NCBI RefSeq assembly: GCF_004010195.1
Contig: NC_057719.1
Span: forward strand, 84,164,504-84,228,503
Direction of reading: 5' to 3'
Length of the DNA stretch: 64,000 nucleotides
Source of the DNA: Chiloscyllium plagiosum
Lineage: Eukaryota
The translations under genes and the position numbers were made by a program. Shown piece after piece: positions 23,485 to 37,490 of the stretch. Position 1 is the stretch's first letter. Every line of letters begins with the position of its first letter. Below the pieces are notes generated by a model, which saw nothing but the letters and a program-made list of their open reading frames with translations, was not told the DNA's origin and did not search any database.

Positions 23485-25887
23485 GCCCTGCTTGGTGATG
23501 CAAGTCCCTAAATACAAAGTACAATTTTATGCCATTTCCACCTTCAGTGCTTCCTCCAACCGGAGCTCGACATGGATGAGTTTGGATTCACCTCCGTCTT
23601 TGTGTGCACACCAATTTTGGTACAAGCCCCGAGTATTAGCAAGGAGGGCTTTCTTTGCAGGGTCCAGTGCCTGGTCAATAGATGGTGGTCTGCCCAGTTT
23701 TGTTCCTTCTTAACTTTTCTGAGGCACTTTGATTCAACTGAGTGAATTGCCAGACGATTTGAGGGCCGCTTAGAGCCACAATGTTTGTTGGTCTGGAGTC
23801 AGGCAGAGGCCAGAGCAGGTACGGGCAGCAGATTTGCTCTGCTGAAGGACATTTGTGTAGCACATGAACAAAAGAGCAAAAGTGGGCCATTCAGCCCTTT
23901 TAGCATGCTCCACTCCAAGGAACAGGAGTTTTCCACTCAGCCCCTCAGCATGCTTACCATTCAATGGTATCATGGCTGATATGTCAATGTTTCCAACTCC
24001 ATCCTATTTTTAATATAAAAAGGACAATCCAATAGCTTCACTGCCAAGACTAGCTGTTAACTTCAGTGTACCTAGAGCAAATGCCGAAGTCCCTGCATTA
24101 CGAATCCAGGCTACTCTTCCCCATTATGTACAGCAAAACAGTTGTCGGTCCATGCAGAGCAGTATCCACACATAGCCATGAAATAAACAGCCAGATAATC
24201 AGTACTCGAGCTTTGATCGAGACAGGGACATTTCCCAGTATACCAAATCATGTTCGAATACTGTAGTGTCAAGGGGTCTTTATCACCCAGCCGGACTCTA
24301 TTAGTTTAATTGCACTAACAGCAAATTCTGCACCCGAGTGAGACCTAATTTTTAAAAATGTGTCTGGCATCTGAAAGGATGCACAATTATTCAATTTTAT
24401 TTGTGGCACAACATCTCTCAAAATTTGAAAAGCACCTGTCCTTTGTCTCCTCCTCTACATAAAACTGTACCACATCTCCAAGCAAACATTTCAAGTAAGA
24501 CTAGTTTTTGAACTGTCCTCCCGAAACAACCAATATTAAAAAGATTCTATAGCACGTTAAAAGTTGATGAGAATTTGTTTTTTTTTTAAAATGGGATCTG
24601 ATGTCATGACAGCCTCTCTGCAATTGCTGAATGCAGTAAGAAGAAATGGCTCAAAATTGAATCATGGCCTCAGTAATTGCCCCAGACGAACACAGTCCAA
24701 TTCCCATCCTCCCACTAAAATAAAATGAAGAACTGCAGTTCCAATGAAGAGTCACCAGACTCAAAACAGTAACTCTGCTTTCTCCCCACAGATACTGCCA
24801 GACTTGCTGAGTTTCGCCAGCAATTTCTGTTTCTGTCTCATCCACCCACAACTTCCGGAGAACAAATGGGACCAAGGCATATAATCAACTGAACATCACC
24901 ATCTATTGGCTGAAAGCTGGTACTGCAATTGAATAAAATCAGCCAAAGGTTCAAACGAGTAACCCAATGACTACAATTCAACGCTGTACAAAAAAAAAGA
25001 ATTAAATGCAGTGAATAGCTAGCAAGCACTGTCCATCTTCCTCATGCTTCACACTGTATGGCTCTCTCCCCCCCTCAGCAACACAATCCAGAGTAAAGAT
25101 CAAGACAGTGACATGGCAGGGAGAGGGAAGGGAGCAGTAGACACACACTAAACACAGCCAGGGTCAAACAGAGACAAGTTCCTGGAGAGAACTGGGAGAA
25201 AGAAAAACACAAAGCTGCAGCAAGAGAAGTAGAAATCCAGCAACAGAATGAAAGACCAGAGGACTGAAATGCAAAAGACAAAGCAACCGATTAAATTGAG
25301 TTTAACTACAGGCATCAAAGAAGCTGGCATTAAAAAGGCGAAAATAATAGTGCTTCAAAAAATTTCTGATTTCATGTTTCTTTAATTGAACAGATATTTA
25401 TATACCTTAGCTTGAGGTAATAAGTAACTGAACACAAGGAAACGGCCTGTAGAATTTCATACAAGCAGCAAGTAAAGGTCACTCAATGTTCTGAACTTCA
25501 AAGTTATTATTGTTCGTAACGTACTCCATATTAAATGCTAATCGTGCAAAATGTATGGCCAGCAAGGCAGTAGGTAAAGATGCTACTCTATGTATGTCCA
25601 ATCTTGCTGTAATGCCTGGTTTGTCCTGTGTTAGCTGCTTGAATCAGTGGTTATAATGCTGTAATGCCTCAGAGAACATGAAAACTCAATTCAGTAAGTT
25701 TTGTCGTTATTGATCCATATCCAAAACTGGGTTTGGCTGCAATGATATTTTCATACTTTTCTCCTGGAGAGCAATGAGAAGTAGTGAAAGGGCTCAGTAG
25801 TTAATTAACAAGGTGAACACTTGAATTAAATTGAACTGAATTAACTTTATTGTCACATCTACTCAAACGAGTGCAGTGAAAAGTTTA

Positions 25888-26892
25888 TAGAACAAAGAAG
25901 AACGAAAAAGAAAATTACAGCCCAGGAACAGGCCCTTCGGCCCTCCAAGTCTGTGCTGATCCAGATCCTCTATCTAAACCTGTCGCCAATTTTCCAAAGA
26001 TCTGTATCCCTCTGCTCCCTGCCCATTCATGTTTTTATCATCTTAAATGACACTATCATGCCCACCTCTATCACCTCCGCTGGCAATGCATTCCAGACAC
26101 CCATCACCCTCTGCATAAAGAACTCTCCACGCATATCTCCCTTTGACTCTTACTGTCTCACCTTGAACTCATGACCCCAAGTACTTGAGACTCCACTCTG
26201 AGGAAAAAAGTTTCTTGCTATCCACCCTGTTTTCACCTCTTATGATTTTTGTAGACCTCAACCATGTTCCCCCCTCAACTTCTACCTTTCTAATGAAAAT
26301 AGTCCTAATCTACTCAACCTCTCTTCATAGCTTGCGCCCTCCATAACCAGGCAATATCCTGGTGAACCTCCTCTGCATCCTCTCCAAAGCATCCACATCC
26401 TTTTGATAATGTGGCGATCAGAACTGCATGCAGTATTCCAAATGCTGCCAAACCAAAGTCTTATACAACTGTAACACGACCTGCCAACTCTTGTACTCAA
26501 TATCCCGTCCAATGAAGGAAAGCATGCCGTATGCCTTCTTGACCACTCTACTGATCTGTATTGCCACCTTCAGGGTACAGTGGACCTGAACACTCAGATC
26601 TCCCTATATACCAATTTTGCCCTTTACCATTTACTGTACAGTTTGCTCTTGAATTGGATCTTCCAATATGCATCACCTCGCATTTGCCCAGATGGAACAC
26701 CATCTGCCATTTTTCCACCGAACTCTCCAGTCTATCTATATTCTGCTGCATTCTCTGACAGTCCTCTTCATTATCTGCTACTCCACCAATCTTATTGTCA
26801 TCTGTAAACTTGCTAATCAGATCACCCACACCTTCTTCCAAATCATTTATGTATATCAGAAACAACAGTGGTCCCAGCACAGATCCCTGTAC
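25888..26892 (-). mobile_element. CR1 LINE 3' fragment
   Basis: ORF 26548-26901: [28 protein letters not shown]. Confidence 0.92.
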
Positions 26893-29191
26893 ACATTGCA
26901 ACTTATAGCATCATCTTAGCTACAAAAGGTACCTAGGTACAGCTTCTTTAATTACAAGATCTTAGAAAATAGAGAAATAAAATGTCCAGCATTGCAGCAA
27001 GTAAAGGTCAGAACAATGGTTTTCCAACCCAGTTCATACTGGCACCTAACCTCCAGTCCACACCGCGCCCTGACTCCAGACAATGCCGGACTTCACCTTG
27101 AGGTTCATGAGGTTAGGACATCACTCTGGAAATGACCTCGACGCTGGGAGACCATGCTGAGGCGATGCCAGACCAGAGAGACTGCCATGCTGGGAACACT
27201 TCTTCCACAGTCACACCCTCTTTCAATTGGTCAATAAGGTGCCGAAGTCTATAGATAGTTTTAATCAACTTCAGACATGTTCTAACATTAGTTCTAAAAT
27301 AATTAGGACTTGAACCCAGACCTTGTGTACTACTACTGCCCACAGTTGGGTACATACATCAGGAGGATTTTCACTCGTTGCCATAAACATCAGTTGCAAT
27401 TTTGCTTTCTTGATGCTTCAGACCCACAGTTCTGGTCTCCACGAGGCGGAACTAACTCAAGCAAGTTTTAAACCCTGCATCTTCTGTCTCAAAGTCCATA
27501 AGCCTCAAGTGCTGTGCGACGCCCAGTGTTTAGGTTGACAGACTGTCACATGGGACTCAACCAGCACAGAGCCAAGGTTAATAAAGAAGAAGAAAAGTTG
27601 ATTTGTGGTGAGTTGACAGCTTAAACCAGTGTCAGGAATGGAGTTGGGAGAGAGCGTTTTGTCGGGTTTGGGCGCAAAGGCCCTGTTAGCATGCCATTCG
27701 GGAGCAGAGTCTATCTCCTGGAGTCATAGCCATCATTTTATTTTCTTGATCTAAAACCATCAACCTCTATTTTGACTTGTTAAACCAATTCTACTCAAGC
27801 CATTTTGGCTTACTCAAATTAGCTATCTAATTCAACCTTGAATATATTCAGTGACACAGTTTCTATTGCCTACTGACGTGAATTCCAATGAATGACGACC
27901 TTTTAGGAAAATAGGTTGCTCACTTTCTTTTCAAATGGTAAACTCTTTACCCTTAAACTGTGAGGAGAAAGATTTAAAAAGGGACCCGAGAGGCAATCTT
28001 TCACAGAGAGTTACTCATGTATGGAATGAACTGCCAGAGAAAATGGTGGATGTGGGTACAGTTGCAATGATTACAAGACACTCGCATAAGTTCATAAATA
28101 AGAAAGGTTTGGAGGGATATGGGCTAAGTACAGACAAGTGGGACTAGTTTAGTTTAGCAACATAGTCACTGTCTACCAGTCTTAAATGTATTCATTGAAG
28201 CAGCACCCACAACCCTGTGAGATAGACAATTTCACAGATTCTCAATCCTTGGAGTAATTGTAATTTCTCTTCATCTCAGTCCTAAGCGATCTGCCCAAAC
28301 AACATCAAGATATGCACTTCCTACCAACAGACAATCGTTCACATTGCAAGAACAACAAGAAAGTCCAAAACAGAAACCAAACCAAAAATATAACCACCCA
28401 CAGGAGCTCAGTTGGTCATTAGTCCACATAATCCTTTGTTTATTGGTAGCACTTCCTTTCTGGCCACCTGTCCTTAAACTCAGAACACACTGCCACATTT
28501 CTCCACAAATAATCCACATCTGTTATGGACCGTTTCAACTGGCAACCTACTAGTCTTCATAACGAGGGCTGTACCATCTGGATTAAAATCTCAATAGGAG
28601 GAGCTGAGATGCCCCTTAATGACAGCACCACTCAACTTCCACCTCCAATTGGACACACTATTCCCTGTAACATTTGGCTGTTGTGTGGGCCAATATTTTC
28701 TCCATGCAATACACGTAATTTATTTGCACAATGTCCAGCTGTGAAGGAGCAGATAATATGAGCAACACCAAGGCGTTCCCTTGCAGGTTATTGCCTTGTC
28801 ATGCATCTGAACAGCCAAGCGGGAATATTTCTGGGAGGTTGTCATGTGGCTTCCTAGCTCTAAATGCCTGGTCCTGTCAACCTTCCTCACCCTTTCCAAT
28901 ATTTTTACAACCATCATAACTCATCTGGCCTCTTCCACATCTCAAATTTCCTTTACCCCTCTATTCATGCCTTCAGCTACCTAGGGGTCCCAAGTCCCAA
29001 GAGCCCTCTCCCAAATCTTCCCACCTGTTTGTCACAACCTCCTACTTGCACCAAACCATCCTGATAGCTCCTTTATCTGGATCAGTGCCAGCTTCTCTCT
29101 GATAATGCTCCTGCGAAGAACTTTGGTGTGTTTTCCTACATTCAAGTCTTTTATCAATGCACATTATTATTGCAGTTATAATAAACAGTCA

Positions 29192-29989
29192 GGTGAAAGT
29201 GAGGACTGCAGATGCTGGAGATGAGAGTCGAGGGTGTGGTGATGGACAAGCACAGGTCAGGCAGAATCAGAGAAGCAGCAGAATTGACATTTTGGGTGAA
29301 AATCCTTCATCAGGAATGAGACTGTGAGCCAAGGGGGTAATGAAATAAATAATAGGGGGGGGGAGAGAGAGAGAGAGAGAGAGAGTGGTAGCTGTGAGTG
29401 CGCTGGATGATGGAGATGAGGTGTGGGTGAAGGTGATAGATTGGAGAGGAGGGGGGAGTGGATAGGTGGGACGGGTAGGACAGGTCATGAGGGCGGTGCT
29501 GAGTTGGAAGGTTAGAACTGGGATAGGTGGGGGGGGGGGGGAAAGGGGAAAAATGAGAAACTGGTGAAATCCACATCAATGCCATGGGGTTGGAGGGTCC
29601 GCAACCAACCCCATTGCCCTGTGGCTGAACACTTCAATTCCCCTTCCCCTCCAAGGACATGCAGGTCCTGGGCCTCCACCATTGCCACTCCCTCACCACC
29701 CAATGCCTGGAGGAAGAGTGCCTCATCTTCTGCCTGTCCTACCTGTCCATCTTCCTTCCCACCTATCCACTCCACCCTCCTCTCTAGCCTATCACCTTCA
29801 CTGCCAGCTCCATCTACCTATCGCACTCTCAGCTACATTCCCCCCAGGCCCACCCACTCCCATTTATCTCACCACCCACTCGGCTCACAGCCTCATTCCT
29901 GATGAAGGACCTTTGCCCAAAATGTCAATTCTCCTGCTCCTCGGATACTGCCTGACCTGCTGTGCTTTTCCAGCACCACACTCTCGACT
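29192..29989. mobile_element. PLE 3' region with a long inverted copy (family A)
   Basis: 29226 to about 29480 is inverted relative to about 29730-29989. Decayed hammerheads on both strands (near 29300 and 29898). GIY-YIG C-terminal remnant PVAEHFNSP. Confidence 0.85.
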
Positions 29990-30809
29990 ATAATAGTCAC
30001 TGAGTGAAAAATTTATAATGTGACCCAATTTTCCACACTCCTCACAGTGCCTAAAAGATGATTCATTCATTTTGAGTCTCTAGGGTACACCCAGAGGATT
30101 GACAAGCCTGGTCTCTACAGAGCCAAAGAGGAATGCTCATTCAAACATGGGCTCCACTGTAAGCATAGCCACTAAAATCACAATGTATTCCTTGACTGGG
30201 TTGTTTGCGTCCATTCACATATGTGAACATCACTGGCCTATTAAATGTTTATCACTCAATCCTAACGTATGCGGTGTCATAAGTGTTGTTAGGAAGGGAG
30301 TTCAATGATTTTGACCCAGTGATAATGAAGGAACAGTGATATAGTTCCAATTCAACAACGTTGTGAGGGACCTGGAAGGAAATTTGTTAATAGGGGTAAT
30401 CCCTTGCAGCTGCTGCACTTGTTCTTTGAGGGGGTAGAGGTTGCAGTTTTGGAAGGTGCTGTCAAAGCAGCCTTGGCAAATTTCTGCAGTGCATAATGTA
30501 AGTGGTACACACTGCTGCCACATTGGGCCAACGATGAAATAAGTTGGTATTTAGGCCAGATGATGAGGAAGCCAATCAAGCAGACAGCTCTGATCATCAG
30601 AACAGTAAGTAAAAAGTCAGTGTAGCCCATGATTCAGTGGTTCTGTGTCTGAGTCAGAAAGCCATATGTCCAAGTCCCAATTGAGAGACTCAGTGCAAAC
30701 TCTAGGTTGACACACCCTGTGCACTAGCAATGCACTCATAACATCACGTTCGAATAGTCTGGGCTAGGTCAGCAACTATTTGCAGCTGTACGCAGATTTA
30801 ATGTTCATA

Positions 30810-33060
30810 CGTGTCAGCTTAGCTCAATAGATAGCACTTCCACTTTGGAATTAGGCAATTGTAGACTCAAGTCCCGCAGCAGAAACTAGTCTGACACACT
30901 AGTACAATATCGAAGAAATGATGCTGTTAGGGATAGGTCTTTAGAATTAGTTTTTAAACTATGGCCTTGATTGTTCTCTCAGACAGATGTTAAAAAATAA
31001 AATCGCTGTGGCACTATTCGCAAAAGGGGTGATTTCCTCAGAGTTCTGGCAGATTTTTGTTCCCTCAACTAAGATGAACACACACTCACTAAAAGACATG
31101 ACCTGTGATCTGGCACCATGGTGTGGTCTTTGCCTCCACCCTTAGGCAATACTTATTTTCGTTCCGAAAGCACAAGTTAAGGTGGACATATATTACGCAT
31201 TCTGATATGTACAGTCGCAGGCACATCTGCACCTGGGCTAACATCAAGTTATTCAGTTATAAACAACAGCATCTTTCCGTCAGTATGTCATGCTTCAGGT
31301 GATATGGAGGAGCTGGTGCTGGAACGTGGTGGACAAAGTTAAAAATCACAACACCAGGTTATAGTCCAACAGGTTTATTTGGAAGCTTTTGGAGCACTGC
31401 TCCTTCATCAGGAAGTTGTGAAGCAGGACCATAAGACACAGATTGTATATCAAAAGATTACAGTGTCATGCAACTGAAATGGTATATTGAACAAACCTAG
31501 ATTGTTAAGTTTTTCATCTTTTAGAATGGGTTTGTTGGTTTCGGTTCTTTAATATGTAAACCCCAGAACTTCTTTTAAGTCACACTCTCAAGATAATTTG
31601 AAGTTTTATAACAAAAGGTGGCATCTCAACTCAGACAATGCATTAAAGGTCTGAGGCTAGAGTCTGTCTGTATCCCTCTCTCATACAGAAACAATACACC
31701 CCCACACTCTCACTCACGCATGCACCCTCTCACAGGCTTATACCCCATCGCGCTCACACACACACTACCAAGCTTGCACACACACAAATACACTCTCTCA
31801 CATGCACTCACTCTCTCTCTCACACATTCTGTGTCTCACTCCTGCACGCACACACAAGTTTCTGGGGTGAATTTGTATGTGCAAAGTAATATTTGCAGAT
31901 ACATTCCAGTTTTGCTCAAAACATGCACTTTGGAAATAGAACCAATCTGATTCAAGATTGGCAGACAGACACTAACCGCACATCTTTAAGGCATTGTCTG
32001 AGCGGAGATGTCACCTTTTGCTATAAAACCTTTTGCTGAGAAAGTGACTTAAAAGTAGTTTTGGGACAGACATATTAAAGAACCAAAACCAACAAAAGTA
32101 TTCTAAAAGATGAAAGAACTAACAATCTAGGTTTGTTGAATATATCATTTCAGTTGCTTGACACTAACTTTTTGCTATAAGTTCTGTCTTATGGTCCTAC
32201 TCCACCACTCACTGATGAAGCAGCGCTCTGAAAGTCAGTGCTTCCAAATAAACCTGTAGGACTATAACCTTACGCTTCAGGTGACCGCAGTAAAGATGAA
32301 ATCTTAGATCTTTGTACCCTCAGGTGTCACAAAGCTAGTTCCTTTTTTTCCTAAAAGCTGTTCCTTGGCTCAAGGAACTCTGTCCTTGATTTTTCTCAGA
32401 GGGGCAATAAACCAGGCCGGGCTCCAATTCGTCTGGTTTGGTACAGAGATGAAAAGGATTTTGAGAGGCCTTTTGTTTATATGTAAACAGATGAGACTTC
32501 AGGCTAAAGTGGTCATGTTTTAGAAGTGACCTGGATAATGAAAGGGGAGTGGTCAGCTCTCTAGCTGAGCAGTTTCGTTCACTCTTGAACTGGCGAGTTG
32601 TTCAACAATGAGCTGTGTGGGAACTCTCGCTCTCTCTCCCCCTCTCTGCCCTTCAACTTCAACCTGTAAGCTCATGTTCCATTTATACTGGTTTTTAAAA
32701 GGGAGTTTGCTTATTGGGACTGTTGTGTATATTCAGAACAGTATACTTAAGTCTAGTTTGGATAGACAGTTCTGTAGGGGTCTGGCCTAGTCCATAACAC
32801 AGGTTATTCACTATTAAACAATGATGATATCATGGGCATGTTTCTTAAAGATACATTGCATACTAACTGGAAGATATAACAACAACCTGCTCATTTATTA
32901 CTATGTTGTTTTATGGGAGCTGGTAGTGTACAAAGTGGCTGCCATGTTTCCCATACTTCAACAGTTATTTGTACTTCAAAACACAAGTATTTATTTAGCT
33001 GTGTAGCACTTGGGACACCTCTGGATCTTGAAAAGCATGCTTTCAATGTACTTCTTTCTT
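30810..33060 (+). mobile_element. DeuSINE-like element split into about 30810-31080 and 32880-33060 by nested insertions
   Basis: The two pieces align consecutively to the contiguous copy at 53440-53860. Confidence 0.6.
31303..32271. mobile_element. Fold-back PLE-like element (family B) with inverted arms of about 315 bp and a CA-rich spacer
   Basis: Arms at about 31356-31670 and 31961-32270. TSD GCTTCAGGTGA (31292-31302, 32274-32284). Decayed hammerheads in both arms. Confidence 0.85.
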
Positions 33061-33402
33061 TGAGTCATTATGGTTGAATCTTGTATGAAGAATAGTGAGG
33101 TTTCTCAATTAGTCAGGTCCCACCTTCATGACCGTTGGTACTTGCCTCCTGCTCTGACAGACTGAAGCAAGGTAAATCAATGGAATTAAGAATGGGGAGA
33201 ATGGAGGGGCCATTATAAAAAAAACTAAAGTACAAGGCTTTAATTCTAGAGGGATAGAATTGAAAAATTGGGAAGTAATGTTAAATCTATATCAAACCTT
33301 GTTTAGACCTCTCAGTGTTCCGGGCAGATCTGGTCCATACATTACGGAAAGGACGCAGTGGGACAGGATTTGGTGCAGAGAAGGCTTAGCAGAAATCTAT
33401 GA

Positions 33403-33622
33403 AGTTTAAAATCACACAATAAGCAGGTTATAGTGCAACAGGTTTAATTGGAAGCATGAGCTTTCAGAGCGCTGCTCCTTCATCAGGTGGTTGTGACAAC
33501 CACCTGATGAAGGAGCAGCGCTCCGAAAGCTAGTGCTTCCAATTAAACCTGTTGCACTATAACCTGCTTATTGTGTGATTTTAAACTTTGTACATCCCAG
33601 TCCAAAACCGGCATCTCCAAAT
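33403..33622. mobile_element. Palindromic insertion (family B) inside a decayed CR1 (about 33210-34020)
   Basis: 93-bp arms spanning 33402-33588, centred on G33495, with 3 mismatches. TSD AGAAATCTATGA / AGAAAACTATGA (33391, 33623). Confidence 0.9.
33501..33535 (+). ncRNA. Minimal type I hammerhead ribozyme motif (family B)
   Basis: cac CTGATGA a ggagc-agc-gctcc GAAA gc TA gtg. Intact core, perfect 5-bp stem II, AGCT palindrome. Predicted cleavage after 33532. Confidence 0.8.
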
Positions 33623-35014
33623 AGAAAACTATGAGTATGCATATCGGAAAAGATTGGCAGACGGAATCGCCTCTCTCTTAAAAAAATGGCAGAGCGATCT
33701 ATTAGAAGTCTTTAATGTTATAAAAGGTTTCAATTGAGAGAGAGATAATCTTTTCTCATGTTGAAGAGCATAACAGTGGTTGTCAATATAAGCTAATAAG
33801 CAGAAAATCCATTAAAGTATGCCGAAAAAACTTCTTTATCCAAACAGTGCTGTGGTTGAAGTGAAAACTACTGATGGATTTAAGGGGAAACTAGAAAGGC
33901 GCATGACAGAAAAGGGAACAAAAAAAAGAGTTCCTTAGGTAAATTTAGATGAGAAAAGATGGGGGAAGAGGCTCAAGTGGAGTATAAGGACTTGAATAGA
34001 ATATTTAGGCTGAAGAGCCTTTTTTTTCTGAGCCAGAGAAGAGATATATAAATGAACTATTCAGCTGATAGCCCATCATGATCTGTCTTAGTCAAAGAAA
34101 GTCAAGATCTATGTCCACTGTGCCTTCAGTGCTTAAACCTTCAAGTGCAAAAAAGGGAAACAATGGAGCTGCCTGAAGAGGGGCCAGCCTTTTACAGATG
34201 TATATAATTTGGGTTTATTGCACTCTGCTATAAATATGAGACACTCATTTAGATTTCAGGGCCGACATTTGTTCCAGAGTAAGTTTCATGAAGTGACGTG
34301 TCCCAACTGTTGTTTCCAAAGGAAACCAAAATTGATCATATTAAAAACAAAATGTCCAAACCTAACTTTGAAGGGAAGGAATATTCCAGTATTGGAGCCA
34401 GGAAATAGAAATCGCACAATTTACTGCTGTCTTAACAGTGACATGGAACCTGAACTAAACTCTACATTCTAAACCTCTCAGCCTTTCGCTGCTGCTTCAA
34501 GTAAATCTCATAAGCAAATCGGTCATATAAAGCGGATAAGGTTTGTGCCCTAATATAGATAGCAAGTGACAAATTTTGTTCAATATTGCCTCTGTAAAAA
34601 GCCTTGAGAAGCATCATGGTGCCATCTAAATGCAAGTGTTTGTTGTTCAGGATGGGGGAGAAAGGACATTGTGATATTAGCAGTTCCATCAATTTGTCAC
34701 ACTGCTGAGAGAAAACTGCAGACCTAGAAAATAACCTGCTCCAGTGCTGGAGATGGGCTTCCAGTGGGAGAGTTCATTTTGCCCCTTACAAGTTCTTTAT
34801 CATGACCGGCATCCAACTCAATCCTTACAAATGTCAAAAGATTACTGCTGTCGTCTTTTGTGTTCACCTACTTTTCATCATTCCTCTCACAAAGACGATG
34901 AGTTATTGAGGCAAAATAATTCCATTGCAGTCTTTCAGTAGCTTGCCAAAGATTTAACAGCAAGCACCATTAGGGCAGTCAACTATTTAACCTTATTGTT
35001 GCACCACTACAGCC

Positions 35015-35600
35015 ATTACTGAGACATGGCTACAAGGAGATCAAATCTGAGAATCAAATATTCAGGGGTGTGTGACTTTTCAAAAGCTCAGACAGGAAGG
35101 AAAAGGATGGTAGGGTAGCACTGTTATTACAAGGTAGAATAAAGTATGAGAATGATCTTCGATTGGAAGACTTGGAATCCAAATGCGTAAGTTAAGAATT
35201 TATAAAGAAGACAACACGATAGCTATACAACGTGACACTTTATAAATGAGGAGATAATGAGAGCATGTAACAAAGGCAGTACATTTATCAGGGCTGATTT
35301 TAATCTTCATGTAGATTGGGATAGTCAGATTGGCAGAGGCAGCCAGGAGGAAGAACTAATAGAACGTATTTTGGACAGTTTTCCGGAATAGTACATTGTA
35401 GATCCAACCAAGGATCAGGCTAACGAAAACAGAAATTGCTGGATACACTCAGCAGGTCTGGCAGCACCTGTAGGGAGAAAGCAGATGTTTTGGGTCCAGT
35501 GACCCTTATAATTTGGCTACTTTGGAACCTATAATGTGTAAACAGGCAGGTTCAATAGATGACATCAGAGTAAAAGGTGACCTCAGAACAGTTACCTTAA
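35015..35600 (+). mobile_element. Decayed CR1 APE-endonuclease region with a PLE terminal fragment inserted at about 35425-35508
   Basis: ITETWLQG (ATTACTGAGACATGGCTACAAGGA) and an ADFNL motif. Confidence 0.7.
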
Positions 35601-37224
35601 CATGGCGGAATACAGTATTTATACAACCGAATCATAGAATCCCAACAGTGCAGAAAGAGGCCATTGCATTTAATTCCAGCCTGCAACGCAGTTTTTGATT
35701 ATTCAATATAAAAAGGAGTTGAACCCTTTGGTTTGACCCTAGCCTGTAACCCTATTGTTACGATTCTAGCAGATGGTAACACTTGACAAGTCAGATTCCA
35801 GTAAAACCTGGCTTCATAGACCATAAATTGATTTTTGCAATTTGATTATCATTGTTATCAGTCACTGATCGTTTTCAGAAGAGGCTGCCAGTGTCCTTTT
35901 AACAAAAGACCATAAGTTTAATAAACAAAAAAAAACAAATTCTAACTTTATTTTCCAACAAAAATCCTTTACAGACACTCAACGCCAATGAAGTAACATT
36001 CTTTTACCCACCTCAAAATCTCTCACTCAATTGAAAATGACAGAGGGCTTCTTTACAGCAGATTCACCAGATGTGATTCTCTTCGCCAAACAAACAAGCT
36101 AACTCACTAATGTTTCCTCATTGAGCCCTTTAAAAACAGCTAAGGATATTTTTCAGTCCAGTACACTAAAATAGTTTAAGACTTCTTTCTAACTATTGGT
36201 CTGTAGGCCGCCAAAACTAAGCGACCATTCTGCTGACAGAGATATTTTCTTCTGAGCTCAACCTGCTTCCCCTCCGTGACTGCAAAAACTCAAGTCAGTA
36301 ATAAACAGCAACTATCACACCAGGTGGCTTGTTGAGTCAATTGCTCAAGTCAACTGATTTCGCAAAAAGACCATCTTTGCTCAATATGCCAATAACTTTC
36401 TGATGCTTAAAAACAGAACAGATCAGACCTCCACAGCACTGAAAACCAAAAATCCTTTTTGCCTTTGCTTTAGAACTCAAATTCCCAAAAATATATAAGT
36501 TTGAATCACATTATATAAACCACATAAACGCATCAATTTGATTCTAGACATTTGCAACAAGCACAATCAACTCAGCAAAGAGAGATTGAAACCTCTCCCG
36601 CAAATCTGAATTGTAGTCATTTAGTTCTACGATGGTATATTGAAACAGGAGGCAAGCAGCAATCTGTTAGGGTGCAGAACACAACATGTAGAAGTTGGAA
36701 AGGGGCAGTAAAAACAGAAAGCTGGAAAGTTTAACCAGAGTTACGACAACACGGTCCTTGAACTAGTATATATTTCTCTCCACAGCTAGTGGTTTCTCGC
36801 ATTTCCTATTTACATTTCAGATTTCCTGTATGTATGATATTATGCTTTTGTAAATACTTTCTGGCTTATTTTCATCGTGGATACTTCTTAACATCTGTTT
36901 CCGTGACAGTGTCAAGAGTTGAGCCTAATGTCCCAGAGGATGATTTCACTTGCCCAGAATCAACTGGTACATTTCAATTACAGATTTCCGTAAACACTCC
37001 TGTTGGATGTGGGAGTTGGAAGAAATTCCCTCCACTTATTTTAGGCTTTATCTGTCTAACATTGTTACAGGAGAAGCAAACAGGAGCAAGAGAATATATG
37101 CTGGAAGCATTATACAAATTCCTCATGATGCAAAATAACAATAAACAGGAGAAGATAGCTGCCTTCAAATATCGATAACATTCTTACTTTGCAGGCCCTG
37201 TGAAATGGATCCAAGCTAAATGTC

Positions 37225-37490
37225 AACTGTCTGTGTGGAGTTTGCAGATTCTCCCCATATCTGCATGGGTTTCCTCTGGGTGGTCCAGTTTCCTCCCATA
37301 ATCCAAAGATGGGCAGTTTAGCTGGATCAACCATGCTAAATTGTCCATAGTGTAAAGTAAGTGGATTAGCCAGAGAGAAAACAAGGTTATTGGGTTAGGG
37401 TGGGGGGGGGGGTGTTTGGGTGGAATGCTCTTCGGAGGGTGGGTGTGCACTTGATGGGCTGAATAGCCTGCTTCCATATTGAGATTCTAT
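37225..37490 (+). mobile_element. Older V-SINE copy, 5'-truncated
   Basis: V-domain plus CR1-like tail ending ATTCTATGA. Confidence 0.8.

Noticed and set aside
28300..28900. Possible decayed transposase or other coding remnant
   Set aside because: I could not recover any convincing motif in any frame.
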